Shown here in pieces: positions 18,352-28,888 of a stretch of 57,549 nt of DNA. Within the stretch, counting starts at the first letter, position 1. Each line of letters opens with the position of its first letter. Position numbers and translations under genes: made by a program. The DNA is taken from positions 1 to 57,549 of the forward strand of contig CBDURE010000003.1 of assembly GCA_965369605.1 (NCBI GenBank), given 5' to 3'. Origin of the DNA: an uncultured bacterium (GTDB lineage: Bacteria; JAJVIF01; JAGGVT01). Under the pieces are notes generated by a model. That model did not search any database, was not told the DNA's origin, and was given only the letters and a program-made list of their open reading frames with translations.

Positions 18352-19236
18352 ATGGATTTAAAAGACCGACTTGCCGGTTTGAAGAGTGAAATCGACTCTG
18401 AACTGGACAGGCAACTTACATATAAAACCGATTTCCCTCCACGCATAAGGGAAGCATTGAGGTATTCCGTTTTAAACGGCGGAAAACGACTCAGGCCAAT
18501 TCTTGCCATCACAACTGGTGAGATGTATGGCGTGGTAAGATCGAAACTGATTCCGGTTGCGGTCGCTCTTGAGTATATTCAGTCATTTACTCTTGTTCAC
18601 GATGATTTGCCGTGCATGGATGATGCTTTATTAAGAAGAGGCAAGCCTGCTCTTCACAGGGAATATGACGAAGCATTGGCGGTTCTTGCAGGTGATGAAT
18701 ATTTGAATATGGCGTACGGCGTAATTGCCAGAGAAGGCGTTGAGCATTTTTCAGCTGAATCGGTGCTGAGGATAATTGCAGAATTATCCGATGCGCTTGG
18801 TGTGGATGGCGTTCTTGGCGGACAGGTTTTGGACCTTGATCCATCACGAAACGCATCTGACCTTGAAGGAGTAACCCGCCTTCACCAGATGAAAACCGCG
18901 AGTTTTTTCAGCGCGAGTCTCAGGATGGGCGCTATTCTTGCAAAAGCGCCTGATAACGAACTGGAAAAACTTACCGGTTACGCGATGGAATTCGGGCTGG
19001 CTTTCCAGATTACGGATGATATTCTAGATGAAACATCTACAGTCGAGGAACTTGGAAAGGATGTTGGACATGATGCGGAAATTAAAAGGGTGAATTATGT
19101 ATCAGCTTACACGCTTGAGGGAGCGCGTACACAGGCAAAACAAGCGGTTGACAGGGCTAAGGAAACTCTGAACGGACTTCCAAAAACAGATTTCCTTAAA
19201 ACATTGGCTGATTATCTGATTGAAAGGCGAAAATGA
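18352..19236 (+). CDS. ispA: Short-chain polyprenyl (farnesyl/geranylgeranyl) diphosphate synthase
   Basis: GGKRLRP, HDDLPCMDD..RRGKP, FQITDDILD. Confidence 0.9.
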   Translation: MDLKDRLAGLKSEIDSELDRQLTYKTDFPPRIREALRYSVLNGGKRLRPILAITTGEMYGVVRSKLIPVAVALEYIQSFTLVHDDLPCMDDALLRRGKPALHREYDEALAVLAGDEYLNMAYGVIAREGVEHFSAESVLRIIAELSDALGVDGVLGGQVLDLDPSRNASDLEGVTRLHQMKTASFFSASLRMGAILAKAPDNELEKLTGYAMEFGLAFQITDDILDETSTVEELGKDVGHDAEIKRVNYVSAYTLEGARTQAKQAVDRAKETLNGLPKTDFLKTLADYLIERRK

Positions 19237-19862
19237 TGAGCGAAAAGAAATATCCGGGTTTTCTACTTGTAATATCAGGGCCTTCCGGTGCGGGAAAGGG
19301 TTCTGTTATTATTGGGTTGCTGAAGCGATTTGAGGATATGTCAGTGGTAACATCCTGGACTACTCGCTCATCTCGTGACGGTGAGGAAGATGGTGTGGAG
19401 TATCGTTTCGTAACAAAGGAGGACTTTCAGCAAAAGGTTCAGGAGAAAGGATTTCTGGAGTGGGCGATTGTTTATGACCAGTTCTACGGCACACCTGTTG
19501 AGGATGTTAAGGAACTCATTGAGCAGGGAAAAATCGCTGTTTTGGAAATTGATGTGCAGGGTTCGAGAAGTGTGAGAACGCATCCTATGGTGGATGAGGT
19601 TAGCTTGTTTATCGTACCGCCGGATAAAATAACACTTGAGCAAAGGCTTAAGGACAGAAATACTGAAAACGTGGATCAATTGGAAAGGCGATTAAAAGAA
19701 GCTGTTCGTGAAGTTGACGAGGCAAAGTATTTCGACTATATAATTATTAATGATAATCTTGAATCCGCGATTGATGATGCCGAAATGGCAATCCGCGGTG
19801 AATATAACAGATCACGATGGGTTTATGAAAAAGTCATTCAGACATTCAGGCAGAACGGTTAA
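19233..19862 (+). CDS. gmk: Guanylate kinase
   Basis: GPSGAGKGS, TTR..R.GEEDGVEY.F, YGTP, EIDVQG. Confidence 0.96.
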   Translation: MMSEKKYPGFLLVISGPSGAGKGSVIIGLLKRFEDMSVVTSWTTRSSRDGEEDGVEYRFVTKEDFQQKVQEKGFLEWAIVYDQFYGTPVEDVKELIEQGKIAVLEIDVQGSRSVRTHPMVDEVSLFIVPPDKITLEQRLKDRNTENVDQLERRLKEAVREVDEAKYFDYIIINDNLESAIDDAEMAIRGEYNRSRWVYEKVIQTFRQNG

Positions 19863-19956
19863 AGTCAACTTTTAATTTGTTGATGTTGTCGAATGGATGA
19901 GTGATTTTGGATAATTCATCGAAAAAAATGAAATCAATCCAGAGGTGATAAGTCGA

Positions 19957-20385
19957 ATGGATACACCAAGTATCGATAGTCTTTTAGAAACTGTTCATGG
20001 AATGTATGAACTTGCTGCCGTTGCAGGAAAGCGCGCGATTGAAATCAAAAAGAAAGACCGTGAAAACACACAGCCGCTTCAACAGGCGCTGGACGAAATA
20101 AGGGAGGGCAATGTTGAATTTGATTTTAAGAAATTAGTTTCTCGTGATTCAGTTGACGGTGAACAGATTGAACTGCCTCTTGCCATTGATGCTGAGAAGG
20201 CGAAACTCCAGGGCGCTATTGCCGCCGATGTTGACGTTGAAGAATCGGCTGATAACAGCGAGGAAGCTGCTGATGAAAAAAACGTAGAAGAAGCTGATGA
20301 ATTAGGGCCTGAAGTTGGTGTGTTGGATGATGACTATCCACCCAAGATACTTAAAGAGGATACTAGCGTAAATGATGAGGATTAA
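19957..20385 (+). CDS. rpoZ: RNA polymerase omega subunit with long acidic C-terminal tail
   Basis: PSIDSLLE...YELAAVAGKRAIEI...PLQQALDEIREG; sits between gmk and coaBC (canonical synteny). Confidence 0.85.
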   Translation: MDTPSIDSLLETVHGMYELAAVAGKRAIEIKKKDRENTQPLQQALDEIREGNVEFDFKKLVSRDSVDGEQIELPLAIDAEKAKLQGAIAADVDVEESADNSEEAADEKNVEEADELGPEVGVLDDDYPPKILKEDTSVNDED

Positions 20386-20409
20386 TCCTGGCGAAATGCC
20401 CGGATAACC

Positions 20410-21621
20410 ATGATTTTGACCGCTGCAGGGAACATAATTATTGGAATTACAGGTGGGATCGCGGCTTACAAGGCATGCGATCTCATTCGTCTGTTTGTAA
20501 AGGACAAATTCCGTGTGCATCCGGTAATGACCAAAGCGGCGACGGAATTTATCACACCTCTGACCGTTTCATGCCTTTCAACCAACAAAGCGGTTGTTGA
20601 CATTTTCGACAGCAGGATTGAGAGAAATGTAGGGCACATCGAACTGGCAGATATTGCGGATTTGATGCTTGTCGCTCCTGCCACCGCGGATATCATTGCG
20701 AAAATCGCATCCGGCATTGCAGATGATCCTGTTTCACTGATAGCTATGGCATTTTACGGTACCGGAGAAAAACCGCTTGTGATTGCCCCGGCTATGAATT
20801 ACCGCATGTATAATCACCCGGCAACGAAAAATAACCTGGAAATTCTGAAAAAACGAGGCGTTATTATAATTGACCCGGAGGAGGGAGAACTCGCATGTGG
20901 TGAGTCAGGGGAGGGGAGACTGGCGTCCGTGGATGTCATTTATAATGCTGTTATTAAATGTCTCGATGAAACCCGTGACATGAAAAACATAAATGCGATT
21001 GTCACGGCTGGCGGAACCGAAGAACCGATAGATCCAGTTCGTGTGATTGCAAATCGATCAAGCGGGAAAATGGGATATGCTGTCGCGAAGCAATTGAAAA
21101 AACGCGGAGCAAAGGTAACGCTTATTTCATCCGTTGATTTGCCTGACCCGGGTGTGGATGAAATAGCCAAATTTAAAACAGCTTCGGATTTAAAGGAAAT
21201 GCTTGATTCGAAATTTCCATCATGCGATCTTCTTGTAATGGCGGCGGCTGTGGCTGATTTTAAACCAAAAAAGCAATCTGATAACAAACTTCATCGCTCT
21301 GATGGCGGCATCACAATTGAACTTGAGCCAACGGAGGATATAATTGCAAACCTGGCTGAAAACAAAGGGGATAGATTTATAGTTGGATTCGCTGCTGAAA
21401 GCGAGGACATGATTTCAAGAGCGAAATCCAAACTTAAATCGAAAAAACTTGACATGATAATTGCGAACGATATCTCACGTTCAGATATCGGATTTAACTC
21501 TGAGCATAACGAAGTTGTCATTCTGAATAAAAACGGCGAGAAACAAATTAAAAGAGATTTAAAGATAAATATCGCAAAAGGAATCGTGGATGAAATAGCA
21601 TCCATGATATTAAAAAAATGA
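20410..21621 (+). CDS. coaBC: Bifunctional phosphopantothenoylcysteine decarboxylase/synthase
   Basis: GITGGIAAYK, HIELA, APAMN, LACGESGEGR, TAGGTEEPIDPVR, NRSSGKMG, VGFAAE. Confidence 0.96.
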   Translation: MILTAAGNIIIGITGGIAAYKACDLIRLFVKDKFRVHPVMTKAATEFITPLTVSCLSTNKAVVDIFDSRIERNVGHIELADIADLMLVAPATADIIAKIASGIADDPVSLIAMAFYGTGEKPLVIAPAMNYRMYNHPATKNNLEILKKRGVIIIDPEEGELACGESGEGRLASVDVIYNAVIKCLDETRDMKNINAIVTAGGTEEPIDPVRVIANRSSGKMGYAVAKQLKKRGAKVTLISSVDLPDPGVDEIAKFKTASDLKEMLDSKFPSCDLLVMAAAVADFKPKKQSDNKLHRSDGGITIELEPTEDIIANLAENKGDRFIVGFAAESEDMISRAKSKLKSKKLDMIIANDISRSDIGFNSEHNEVVILNKNGEKQIKRDLKINIAKGIVDEIASMILKK

Positions 21622-21638
21622 AACTGATGGAGATTCAA

Positions 21639-23501
21639 ATGAATTCAAAGAAGCATTTTCTTGTACTTCTGGCAGTAGTGATATTTTTAAGCGTGCCTGG
21701 GCCGTATCAATCCGCACAGGCGGCTAAAAAAGATGTTCTTATCGCGCCTGTGGTGGTTACGATAAACTCACAACCAATCTATGAAACAGAACTTCTCTAT
21801 TTTTTGATTGGCAGAAACGGACAGGATATCCTTGCCGAGCTTATCGAAAACGCGATTCTTGCCCAGAAGGCTGATTTTTATGGGGTAACAATAGACCCGG
21901 AAAAGCCTCGTAAAGAGATGCTAAAGATGTATGGTGAGGCTAAATTCGATGAACTCGCTGAATCATTTGATGTTGATAAAATTCTTAGAGCGGTTGAACG
22001 TGAACACCTCTCAGAGAAAGTATACGACGCGATGATTGAGACTCTTATTTCCGAAAAGGGAATAGAGGTAACTCGCGAAAAGGCGCTTGATTATTATCTG
22101 CAAAACTCCGATATGTGGTCACGGCCTGCTGTGGTCAGATTCAGTATCATTGTCGCTGAAAATTCCGAGGAAGCTAAAAAAGCGCATGGCGAGTTGATAG
22201 ATGGAACATCATTTGCCGATGTAGCCGCTAAATACTCGATTGACGACGCGACTGCGGGGAATGGAGGCGATATAGGTGAAATGATACCAAAAGGATTCTT
22301 TCGCGGCCCGTTGAAAAATCTGGAGGATTCAATATTTGAATTGCCTCTCAATAAATTCAGCGATGTCATTTCGATTGAAAACAATCACTTTATTGTAATG
22401 CCGACACAACGGCTTGAGAAGGTTGAAAAGAAATTCAAAGAGGTAAGTGATTACATCGGACATCTTCTTGCTCTGGAAGAGGTTGACCCGTTTGTGAAGG
22501 CAAAACTGACTGAATACAGGGATACTTCAACGATAGAGGTTATCTATCCGATATTTGAAACCAATGATGATGCACAGAAAAACTTTGTCAAAGTGCAAAA
22601 ATTAACCCAGCCATTTCATAATTGCCTTGTGTACCCGACTGTTGTCGAGGTTAATGGCGAGGAAATTTCCGAACAGGAAATGCTTTTCTTTCTCATCGGA
22701 AGGCATGGACAGGAGATACTGCAGGAATTGATAGAGAACATGGCGATTTCTCAAAGGGCTAAAACTCTGGGAGTTGAGGTTGACAGGAACGAACCGCAAA
22801 AAATGCTTGCCAACACATACGGTGAGGAAAAAATCAAAACCCTTGAAAACTCTTTTGACATGGATAAAGTCCGGGATGCGATTTATCGGGAACTTCTCGC
22901 AAAGAAGGTTTTTATTAAAAAACGCGATTTGCTTGCGGAAGATGTTGGCGTGGATGTTACGGAGGATATAGCGAAAAAATATTATGACAATAACCAGCAA
23001 CGATGGCAGATTCCGGAAAGAGTGAGATTCTCGATTATCGTTACTGATACAGAGGATGATATGAAATCCGTGATTTCGGAAATTCAAAACGGCGCTTCTT
23101 TCGCGGATACCGCACGTAAATATTCCATTGATGAGGTTACAAAAGATGACGGCGGCGATATCGGAACACTGTGGCCACGCGGTTTGTTCGTTGGTCCCTT
23201 TACTGAATTGGAGGATAAAATCTTTTCACTGGAAATCGATGTAGCAAGTGAAATGATGTTCATTCAGGATAGATTCTACGTTGTCAAACTCACAGAAAAG
23301 GTTGAGAAAGAGGAGCAATCGTTTGATACGGTAAAGGATGAAATAATCGAATCAATGAATAATGTGCGAGTTTATCCAATGCTGCAGGATTGGCTGACAC
23401 AACTTGGAAACGAAATTGAAATCGATGTCAAATACCCCATATTCGATTTGGAAACCGAGATAACCATGAAGTCAATGGAAACAATGAGCCTTGGGGATTG
23501 A
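21639..23501 (+). CDS. Secreted parvulin-type PPIase/chaperone with an internal duplication (2 x SurA_N + rotamase)
   Basis: Signal peptide; two homologous halves each with FLIGR.GQ.IL.ELIEN, VRFSIIV, SFAD.A.KYSID..T...GGDIG. Confidence 0.85.
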   Translation: MNSKKHFLVLLAVVIFLSVPGPYQSAQAAKKDVLIAPVVVTINSQPIYETELLYFLIGRNGQDILAELIENAILAQKADFYGVTIDPEKPRKEMLKMYGEAKFDELAESFDVDKILRAVEREHLSEKVYDAMIETLISEKGIEVTREKALDYYLQNSDMWSRPAVVRFSIIVAENSEEAKKAHGELIDGTSFADVAAKYSIDDATAGNGGDIGEMIPKGFFRGPLKNLEDSIFELPLNKFSDVISIENNHFIVMPTQRLEKVEKKFKEVSDYIGHLLALEEVDPFVKAKLTEYRDTSTIEVIYPIFETNDDAQKNFVKVQKLTQPFHNCLVYPTVVEVNGEEISEQEMLFFLIGRHGQEILQELIENMAISQRAKTLGVEVDRNEPQKMLANTYGEEKIKTLENSFDMDKVRDAIYRELLAKKVFIKKRDLLAEDVGVDVTEDIAKKYYDNNQQRWQIPERVRFSIIVTDTEDDMKSVISEIQNGASFADTARKYSIDEVTKDDGGDIGTLWPRGLFVGPFTELEDKIFSLEIDVASEMMFIQDRFYVVKLTEKVEKEEQSFDTVKDEIIESMNNVRVYPMLQDWLTQLGNEIEIDVKYPIFDLETEITMKSMETMSLGD

Positions 23502-23575
23502 GATTTAAAATTATTATCAGACATACCCATTGAAATTATGCTATATTTTAGTTGATAGCTCATACGAGGCAATAC

Positions 23576-24718
23576 ATGCGGATTACACGAATAAAACTAA
23601 AGAATTGGCGCAATTTCAGAAGTATAGATGTTGAACTTGCTCAACGTTCTTTTATTGTTGGTCCTAATGCTTCAGGCAAGTCAAACTTTCTGGATGCAAT
23701 CCGGTTTTTTCGAGACATAGTTTCTGTTGGTGGGGGGCTGCGTGAGGCAATTGAAAAAAGAGGTGGCGTATCAAAACTTCGATGCCTTGCGGCAAGAAGC
23801 AAGCCTAACATTGAGTTGAATGTGGAATTGGGCACTGATTTAGAAAAACCTGAATGGAAATATAAAATAGCATTCAGCCAGGACCAACAACGTCGAATTA
23901 CGATTAAGAATGAGACTGTAATTCACAATGATGAAAGTATTCTTGAACGTCCCAATGATGAGGACAAAAGGGACACAGAGAGATTAAGGCAAACATATCT
24001 TCAGCAATCAAGCGCAAATAAGGAATATAGAATTATCCACGAGTTTTTTAAATCCCTTCACTACAGACATATTGTGCCGCAAATTGTGAAAGAACCGGAT
24101 AGATATATTGGAAAAATAGAAGACCCTTATGGAAGTGACTTTATTAATCAGATTGCAAGAACAATTGAAAAAACTCGAGTTTCAAGATTAAAGAAAATAT
24201 CGGATGCATTAAAGTTTGCAATTCCCCAACTTGAAGGGTTAAAAATAACACATGATAAAAGCGGGATTCCTCATATTGAGGGTTGTTATAAACACTGGAG
24301 ACCCGGGGCAGGATGGCAAAGAGAAGATCAGTTTTCCGATGGAACGCTGAGATTAATCGGTTTATTATGGGTTGTGTTGGATGGAACTGGACCAGTACTT
24401 ATAGAAGAGCCTGAATTATCGTTACATCCTGAGATTGTTCGCCATATTCCTCAATTGCTTCAAAGAATGTTGAAAAAAACTAAAAGACAGATTTTTATTA
24501 CTACACATTCAAATGAGTTGTTAGAGGATTCCGGGATTGGAGTAGATGAAGTTTTAATGCTGATTCCAAGCCCTAATGGCACAGAAATAAGATGTGCCAA
24601 GGATGATAAAGAAGTAAAAGCACTGTTGGATGGTGGCTTGACTATTGCCGATGCGGTGATTCCCAAAGTTGCCCCAAAAGAAAGTTGGCAGTTGCCCTTA
24701 CCCAATTTACCAAAATAG
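23576..24718 (+). CDS. ABC-type AAA ATPase (AAA_21/AAA_15-like)
   Basis: Walker A GPNASGKSN, signature FSDGT, Walker B LIEEPELSLHP, H-loop ITTHS. Confidence 0.88.
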   Translation: MRITRIKLKNWRNFRSIDVELAQRSFIVGPNASGKSNFLDAIRFFRDIVSVGGGLREAIEKRGGVSKLRCLAARSKPNIELNVELGTDLEKPEWKYKIAFSQDQQRRITIKNETVIHNDESILERPNDEDKRDTERLRQTYLQQSSANKEYRIIHEFFKSLHYRHIVPQIVKEPDRYIGKIEDPYGSDFINQIARTIEKTRVSRLKKISDALKFAIPQLEGLKITHDKSGIPHIEGCYKHWRPGAGWQREDQFSDGTLRLIGLLWVVLDGTGPVLIEEPELSLHPEIVRHIPQLLQRMLKKTKRQIFITTHSNELLEDSGIGVDEVLMLIPSPNGTEIRCAKDDKEVKALLDGGLTIADAVIPKVAPKESWQLPLPNLPK

Positions 24719-24727
24719 GTTACCAAA

Positions 24728-25321
24728 ATGGTTGCGATTAATATTACGGTGGAAGGTTATTCCGATGAAGTGATCGTAAGAGTTCTTTGTAAGAACTTGG
24801 GATTGAGTGTTCAAACAATGCACAATGAAAGAGGCTCTGGGAATTTTGATAAGAAGATTTCTGGTTATAATAATGCAGCTAAGTATAGTCCATGGCTTGC
24901 ATTAAGAGATTTGGATGATGAAGAATGCCCTCCGATTTTATGTGAAAAGCTTCTTCCTAAACCTGCGAAGCATATGATATTTAGAATTGCTGTCCGGGAA
25001 ATTGAAGCATGGCTATTAGCGGATAGAGTAGCTTTTGCAAAGTTCATTGGAGTAAATAAAAACAAAATTCCAGAAAATCCTGAATCAATAGATGATCCCA
25101 AAAGGTTTGTCATTGAACTAGCTAAAAAATCACGGAACCAAAGCATTAAGGATGATCTTATTCCAACTCCAAAAGGTATGCGAAAAGTTGGACCAGCTTA
25201 TGCATCAAGAATCGCGGAATTTGCCTTATCGTATTGGGACCCGGATATAGCAGCTCAAAACTGCTCCAGTTTGAAAAAATGCATGTTAAGGCTTAATGAA
25301 TTAAAAAGCTCTTTTGAATAA
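24728..25321 (+). CDS. DUF4276-like / TOPRIM-fold partner protein
   Basis: VEGYSDE, RDLDD, REIEAWLLAD, PESIDDPK motifs; directly after the ATPase. Confidence 0.75.
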   Translation: MVAINITVEGYSDEVIVRVLCKNLGLSVQTMHNERGSGNFDKKISGYNNAAKYSPWLALRDLDDEECPPILCEKLLPKPAKHMIFRIAVREIEAWLLADRVAFAKFIGVNKNKIPENPESIDDPKRFVIELAKKSRNQSIKDDLIPTPKGMRKVGPAYASRIAEFALSYWDPDIAAQNCSSLKKCMLRLNELKSSFE

Positions 25322-25467
25322 ATCTTAAGTGTAAAGTGCTTTCCTGCTAATCTTTAACCTGATTTCTTTTTGCCATTTCATTTAAATATACCTCTCTTAA
25401 AGGCGATATTCACTATAGTTGGGGAGACTTGATTTAATGTGATTTAAACATCATTCCGGAGAGTATT

Positions 25468-26541
25468 ATGGCTGAATTCAGAATTGGCAATCGTCGGATA
25501 GTATCAAAAGAGAAAGTATATTTCCTTGCTGAAATCGGATTGAATCACAACGGTGATTTGGACCTTGCGGCCGAGATGATTCGCGCCGCGGCACGAACCG
25601 GCGCAGAGGGAGTTAAATTCCAAACCTACAAGTCTGAACTGCTCGCGTGTCCACTTAAAATGCCGGAACTATACAACATTTTCAAAACAAGCGAACTGGA
25701 TAAAAAAGCTCATTTATATCTGCGCGATATTTGCAGGGATGAAGGAATAGATTTCATTTCAACTCCGTTCGATGAGGAAAGCGCAGAGATGCTGTTATCA
25801 TGCGGAGTTGGCGCGTTTAAGATCGCATCGGGTGATTTGACAAATTTCCCTTTGATGAAAACAATCGCTTCATATAATAAACCCGTCATCTTTTCAACCG
25901 GTATGGGGTATATGAAAGAAGTGATTGAGGCAATTGATATTCTTGAGAAAAGTGGCGCGAGTTGTGTAATTCCATTGCATTGCGTTTCGAGCTATCCGCC
26001 GGATGAAACTGAAATGAACATTCGAGTAATTAAAACGATGCGCGAAACTCTGGGACGCGATGTGGGTTATTCTGATCATTATGTCGGCGACCTCGCGATT
26101 CTTAGCGCTGTCGCTTTTGGCGCTCTATTAATAGAAAAGCATTTCACGATTGATAAAAATCTTCCAGGCCCGGATCAGAGTCTTTCCGCTGATGAGAGTG
26201 AACTAAAAACCATTATAGAGAGAACGAGAAAGCTTGAAATAATGCTTGGTGATGGCGAAAAAAAGCCGAGTGCGAAAGAGGAACCATCAAGAGAAGTGGC
26301 TCGCCGTGGATTATACGCTGCCCTCGATATCAAACAGGGAACATGTATCACAAGAGAATGCCTTAAAATCGCTCGTCCAGAAGGTGATACTCCGGCATCA
26401 ATGATTGATAGTGTAATCGGCATGATAGCAATTAAGGAAATATCAAAGGGCGCTTCGTTATCAATGGAATATCTGAGTGGAGCAGGGGAAATTGCGATAA
26501 ACAGCAAGATGCAGGTGAAGGTGTCAAGGAAAAGAACATAA
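25468..26541 (+). CDS. neuB: N-acetylneuraminate synthase family protein with SAF domain
   Basis: AEIGLNHNGD, VKFQT, STPFD, KIASGD, STGM, LHCVSSYP, GYSDH, IEKHFT. The exact nonulosonic acid product is unknown. Confidence 0.88.
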   Translation: MAEFRIGNRRIVSKEKVYFLAEIGLNHNGDLDLAAEMIRAAARTGAEGVKFQTYKSELLACPLKMPELYNIFKTSELDKKAHLYLRDICRDEGIDFISTPFDEESAEMLLSCGVGAFKIASGDLTNFPLMKTIASYNKPVIFSTGMGYMKEVIEAIDILEKSGASCVIPLHCVSSYPPDETEMNIRVIKTMRETLGRDVGYSDHYVGDLAILSAVAFGALLIEKHFTIDKNLPGPDQSLSADESELKTIIERTRKLEIMLGDGEKKPSAKEEPSREVARRGLYAALDIKQGTCITRECLKIARPEGDTPASMIDSVIGMIAIKEISKGASLSMEYLSGAGEIAINSKMQVKVSRKRT

Positions 26542-26593
26542 AAGGCAATTATCCAAAAGTAGCAGGAATTTACATAAAATAGCTTATTTTCTA

Positions 26594-26622
26594 TTGACAA
26601 TTACACTCTTTTAATTTATACT
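26594..26622 (+). promoter_or_regulatory. Strong sigma70-like promoter
   Basis: TTGACA-17 nt-TATACT, ~250 bp upstream of the S8 peptidase start. Confidence 0.7.
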
Positions 26623-26870
26623 CTGCATGAAATTTATTTTGTTAAAGCCGGATAAACCGGTATATGCCACGGGTTGATGGCATTAGTGCATTGGGTTGGA
26701 TGATTATAAACGGATTCCCGCCCGGCTCGTGGGTTATTTTATTATTTAAACAGGGGTGTTTGTTGATTTAATGAAATTAGTGAATGGATGGAATTGAATT
26801 ATGTTTTTTATAAATTTATTCGCCACCTGTTTTAGGTGGAATAATATCTCCATAGTTCGGAGGAACAACT

Positions 26871-28823
26871 TTGTATTCCAAGGTAAAACTTCTGACATTA
26901 GCTCTGATTCTCGGAGCATTCATTATTGCATCGTTTGCGTGTTCACAATCTGATGTTAACCAGATTGTATCTCCAGATCGCAGTAGTGATGCGGCAATCG
27001 ACAGGGGAATCATAGTTACAGAAGATGTCAAACTGGCATCTATCGAAAGCTTACGTATTGAAGATCGTGTTTTGTCCCACGATATTTCCATCAAATTCGT
27101 TGATGGAATAACAGATGAACAGCGGGACAACATTTTGAACGAATACCATCTGTCAGTAATGAAGGTGATTCCTGAACTTGGATTCTACCGGCTAAAAATG
27201 GCTGATGGGGAATCCCTTACAAATCTTCTTGAAGATTTATGGGATGAAGAAAATATCGAAATTGCGGAACCGATATTCCGCACATACGCGAAACAGCTTC
27301 GCGTGGAACCGAATGATCCTCGTTTATCCGAACAGGCATATCTTGAGCAGATAAACGCTCCGGAAGCCTGGTTTATTGAGCCGGGCAGCGATCTGGCTGG
27401 AATTCCCCAGCAGAGTGATGTTGTTATCGCGGTTCTGGATACCGGGATTGATATGAACCATCCTGACCTTATGATTTCAACCGGCCAATATGATGGCGTA
27501 AAAATTCTTGACGGCTGGAATTTCATTGATGGCAACAGGGATGTCATGGATGGCCACGGCCACGGAACGCTTGTTACTGGTATCCTTGGCGCGCTTACCC
27601 ATAACGGACAGGGAATAGCAGGCACCGCCTGGAATCCACGTATCCTTCCTGTGAAGGTTCTGGATAACGATGGTGTAGCGGATAGTTTCGCAAGCGCAGA
27701 GGGAATCATGTTCGCGCTTGGGCGGTTTAACGACCTTCGCGGTGAGGACCGGAATTTTTCTTTCCCGCTGCAGACAATCTTCGCTGACCCGTTCAACGCT
27801 AAAATGGTTATCAACATGAGTTATGGCTACACGGTGCCCAACACGATAGGACAATCGCATGCTGAAATCAACGCGATTAGTGAATGCATGGAAACGGTTC
27901 ACGTTCTTTGTGTCGCGGCGGCCGGTGATGACGGCAAGCCTATTGATGATGGAATAGATTCCGTTTATCCCGCCAACAATCCATATGTTGTTAAAGTCGG
28001 TGCGGTTGACTATGCTAACAATTCGTTGTCAACATCGAACATACCGAGTTTAACAGAATCAATTGAAACTCAGCCGTTTGTTGTGGCTCCGGGATATAAC
28101 ATTCTTTCAACATATCCAACAGAGTTCTCGGAAGGCTATGCGGTAGGAAATGGAACATCATTCGCGGCGGCACAGGTCTCCGGATTGGTTGGGCTTGTAT
28201 GGTCTCAGTTCCCATTCCTTAGGCCTGACGAGGTTGTTGATATACTTAAGGATTCAAGCAATTTCGACATTGTCGGCGTTGCAGGAATAGACAATCAGAC
28301 AGGATGGGGTTTAATTGACTGCGTTGAGGCGCTTCAGAGAAGCTATCATCCGAAACCGATTAACGAGCCGGTTCTGATTAAGGCTTTCACTAATCCGATT
28401 CTGCACGGCGATATCATCTTTGTGGTTAAGAGCCGTTACAGGTTGATGGATCCAGTCGAAACGCCGGTGTATTATGACTACTCAGTTGATCCGCCAATCG
28501 AAATTTGGATTAATGGCGGCAGAGCTATAAGTTACCTTGTAGGTTACGACACTGACAACGATGGTGAAATTGACCAGGAAATCACTGTGCAACTTACCAG
28601 TGGTGGAGAGCCGATGTACTTCCCCAACGAGTTGTGCATGGTGCAGTTCGCGGATGACCTCTATATTGGACGAGTTCATTTGGCTCAGGATACTGCCCCC
28701 CAGAAGGGTACTTTGATGATTCAGTTTACCGGAGTTCCAATGGACTTCCGACAGAATCCGGAAATTCCGATGACTGTCACAGGTGAAGTAACAATGGAAA
28801 TTACAGGATTCCATCACTCATAG
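26871..28823 (+). CDS. S8 family subtilisin-like serine peptidase, lipoprotein
   Basis: GGAGG + TTG start; lipobox SFAC; triad AVLDTG, HGHGT, GTSFAA; propeptide-like N-terminal region. Confidence 0.9.
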   Translation: MYSKVKLLTLALILGAFIIASFACSQSDVNQIVSPDRSSDAAIDRGIIVTEDVKLASIESLRIEDRVLSHDISIKFVDGITDEQRDNILNEYHLSVMKVIPELGFYRLKMADGESLTNLLEDLWDEENIEIAEPIFRTYAKQLRVEPNDPRLSEQAYLEQINAPEAWFIEPGSDLAGIPQQSDVVIAVLDTGIDMNHPDLMISTGQYDGVKILDGWNFIDGNRDVMDGHGHGTLVTGILGALTHNGQGIAGTAWNPRILPVKVLDNDGVADSFASAEGIMFALGRFNDLRGEDRNFSFPLQTIFADPFNAKMVINMSYGYTVPNTIGQSHAEINAISECMETVHVLCVAAAGDDGKPIDDGIDSVYPANNPYVVKVGAVDYANNSLSTSNIPSLTESIETQPFVVAPGYNILSTYPTEFSEGYAVGNGTSFAAAQVSGLVGLVWSQFPFLRPDEVVDILKDSSNFDIVGVAGIDNQTGWGLIDCVEALQRSYHPKPINEPVLIKAFTNPILHGDIIFVVKSRYRLMDPVETPVYYDYSVDPPIEIWINGGRAISYLVGYDTDNDGEIDQEITVQLTSGGEPMYFPNELCMVQFADDLYIGRVHLAQDTAPQKGTLMIQFTGVPMDFRQNPEIPMTVTGEVTMEITGFHHS

Positions 28824-28888
28824 GGTTTATTCCCGGAGTGTTAATGTTTTCATATAGATTTGTGATGAAACATTCAAGGAGATTAATC

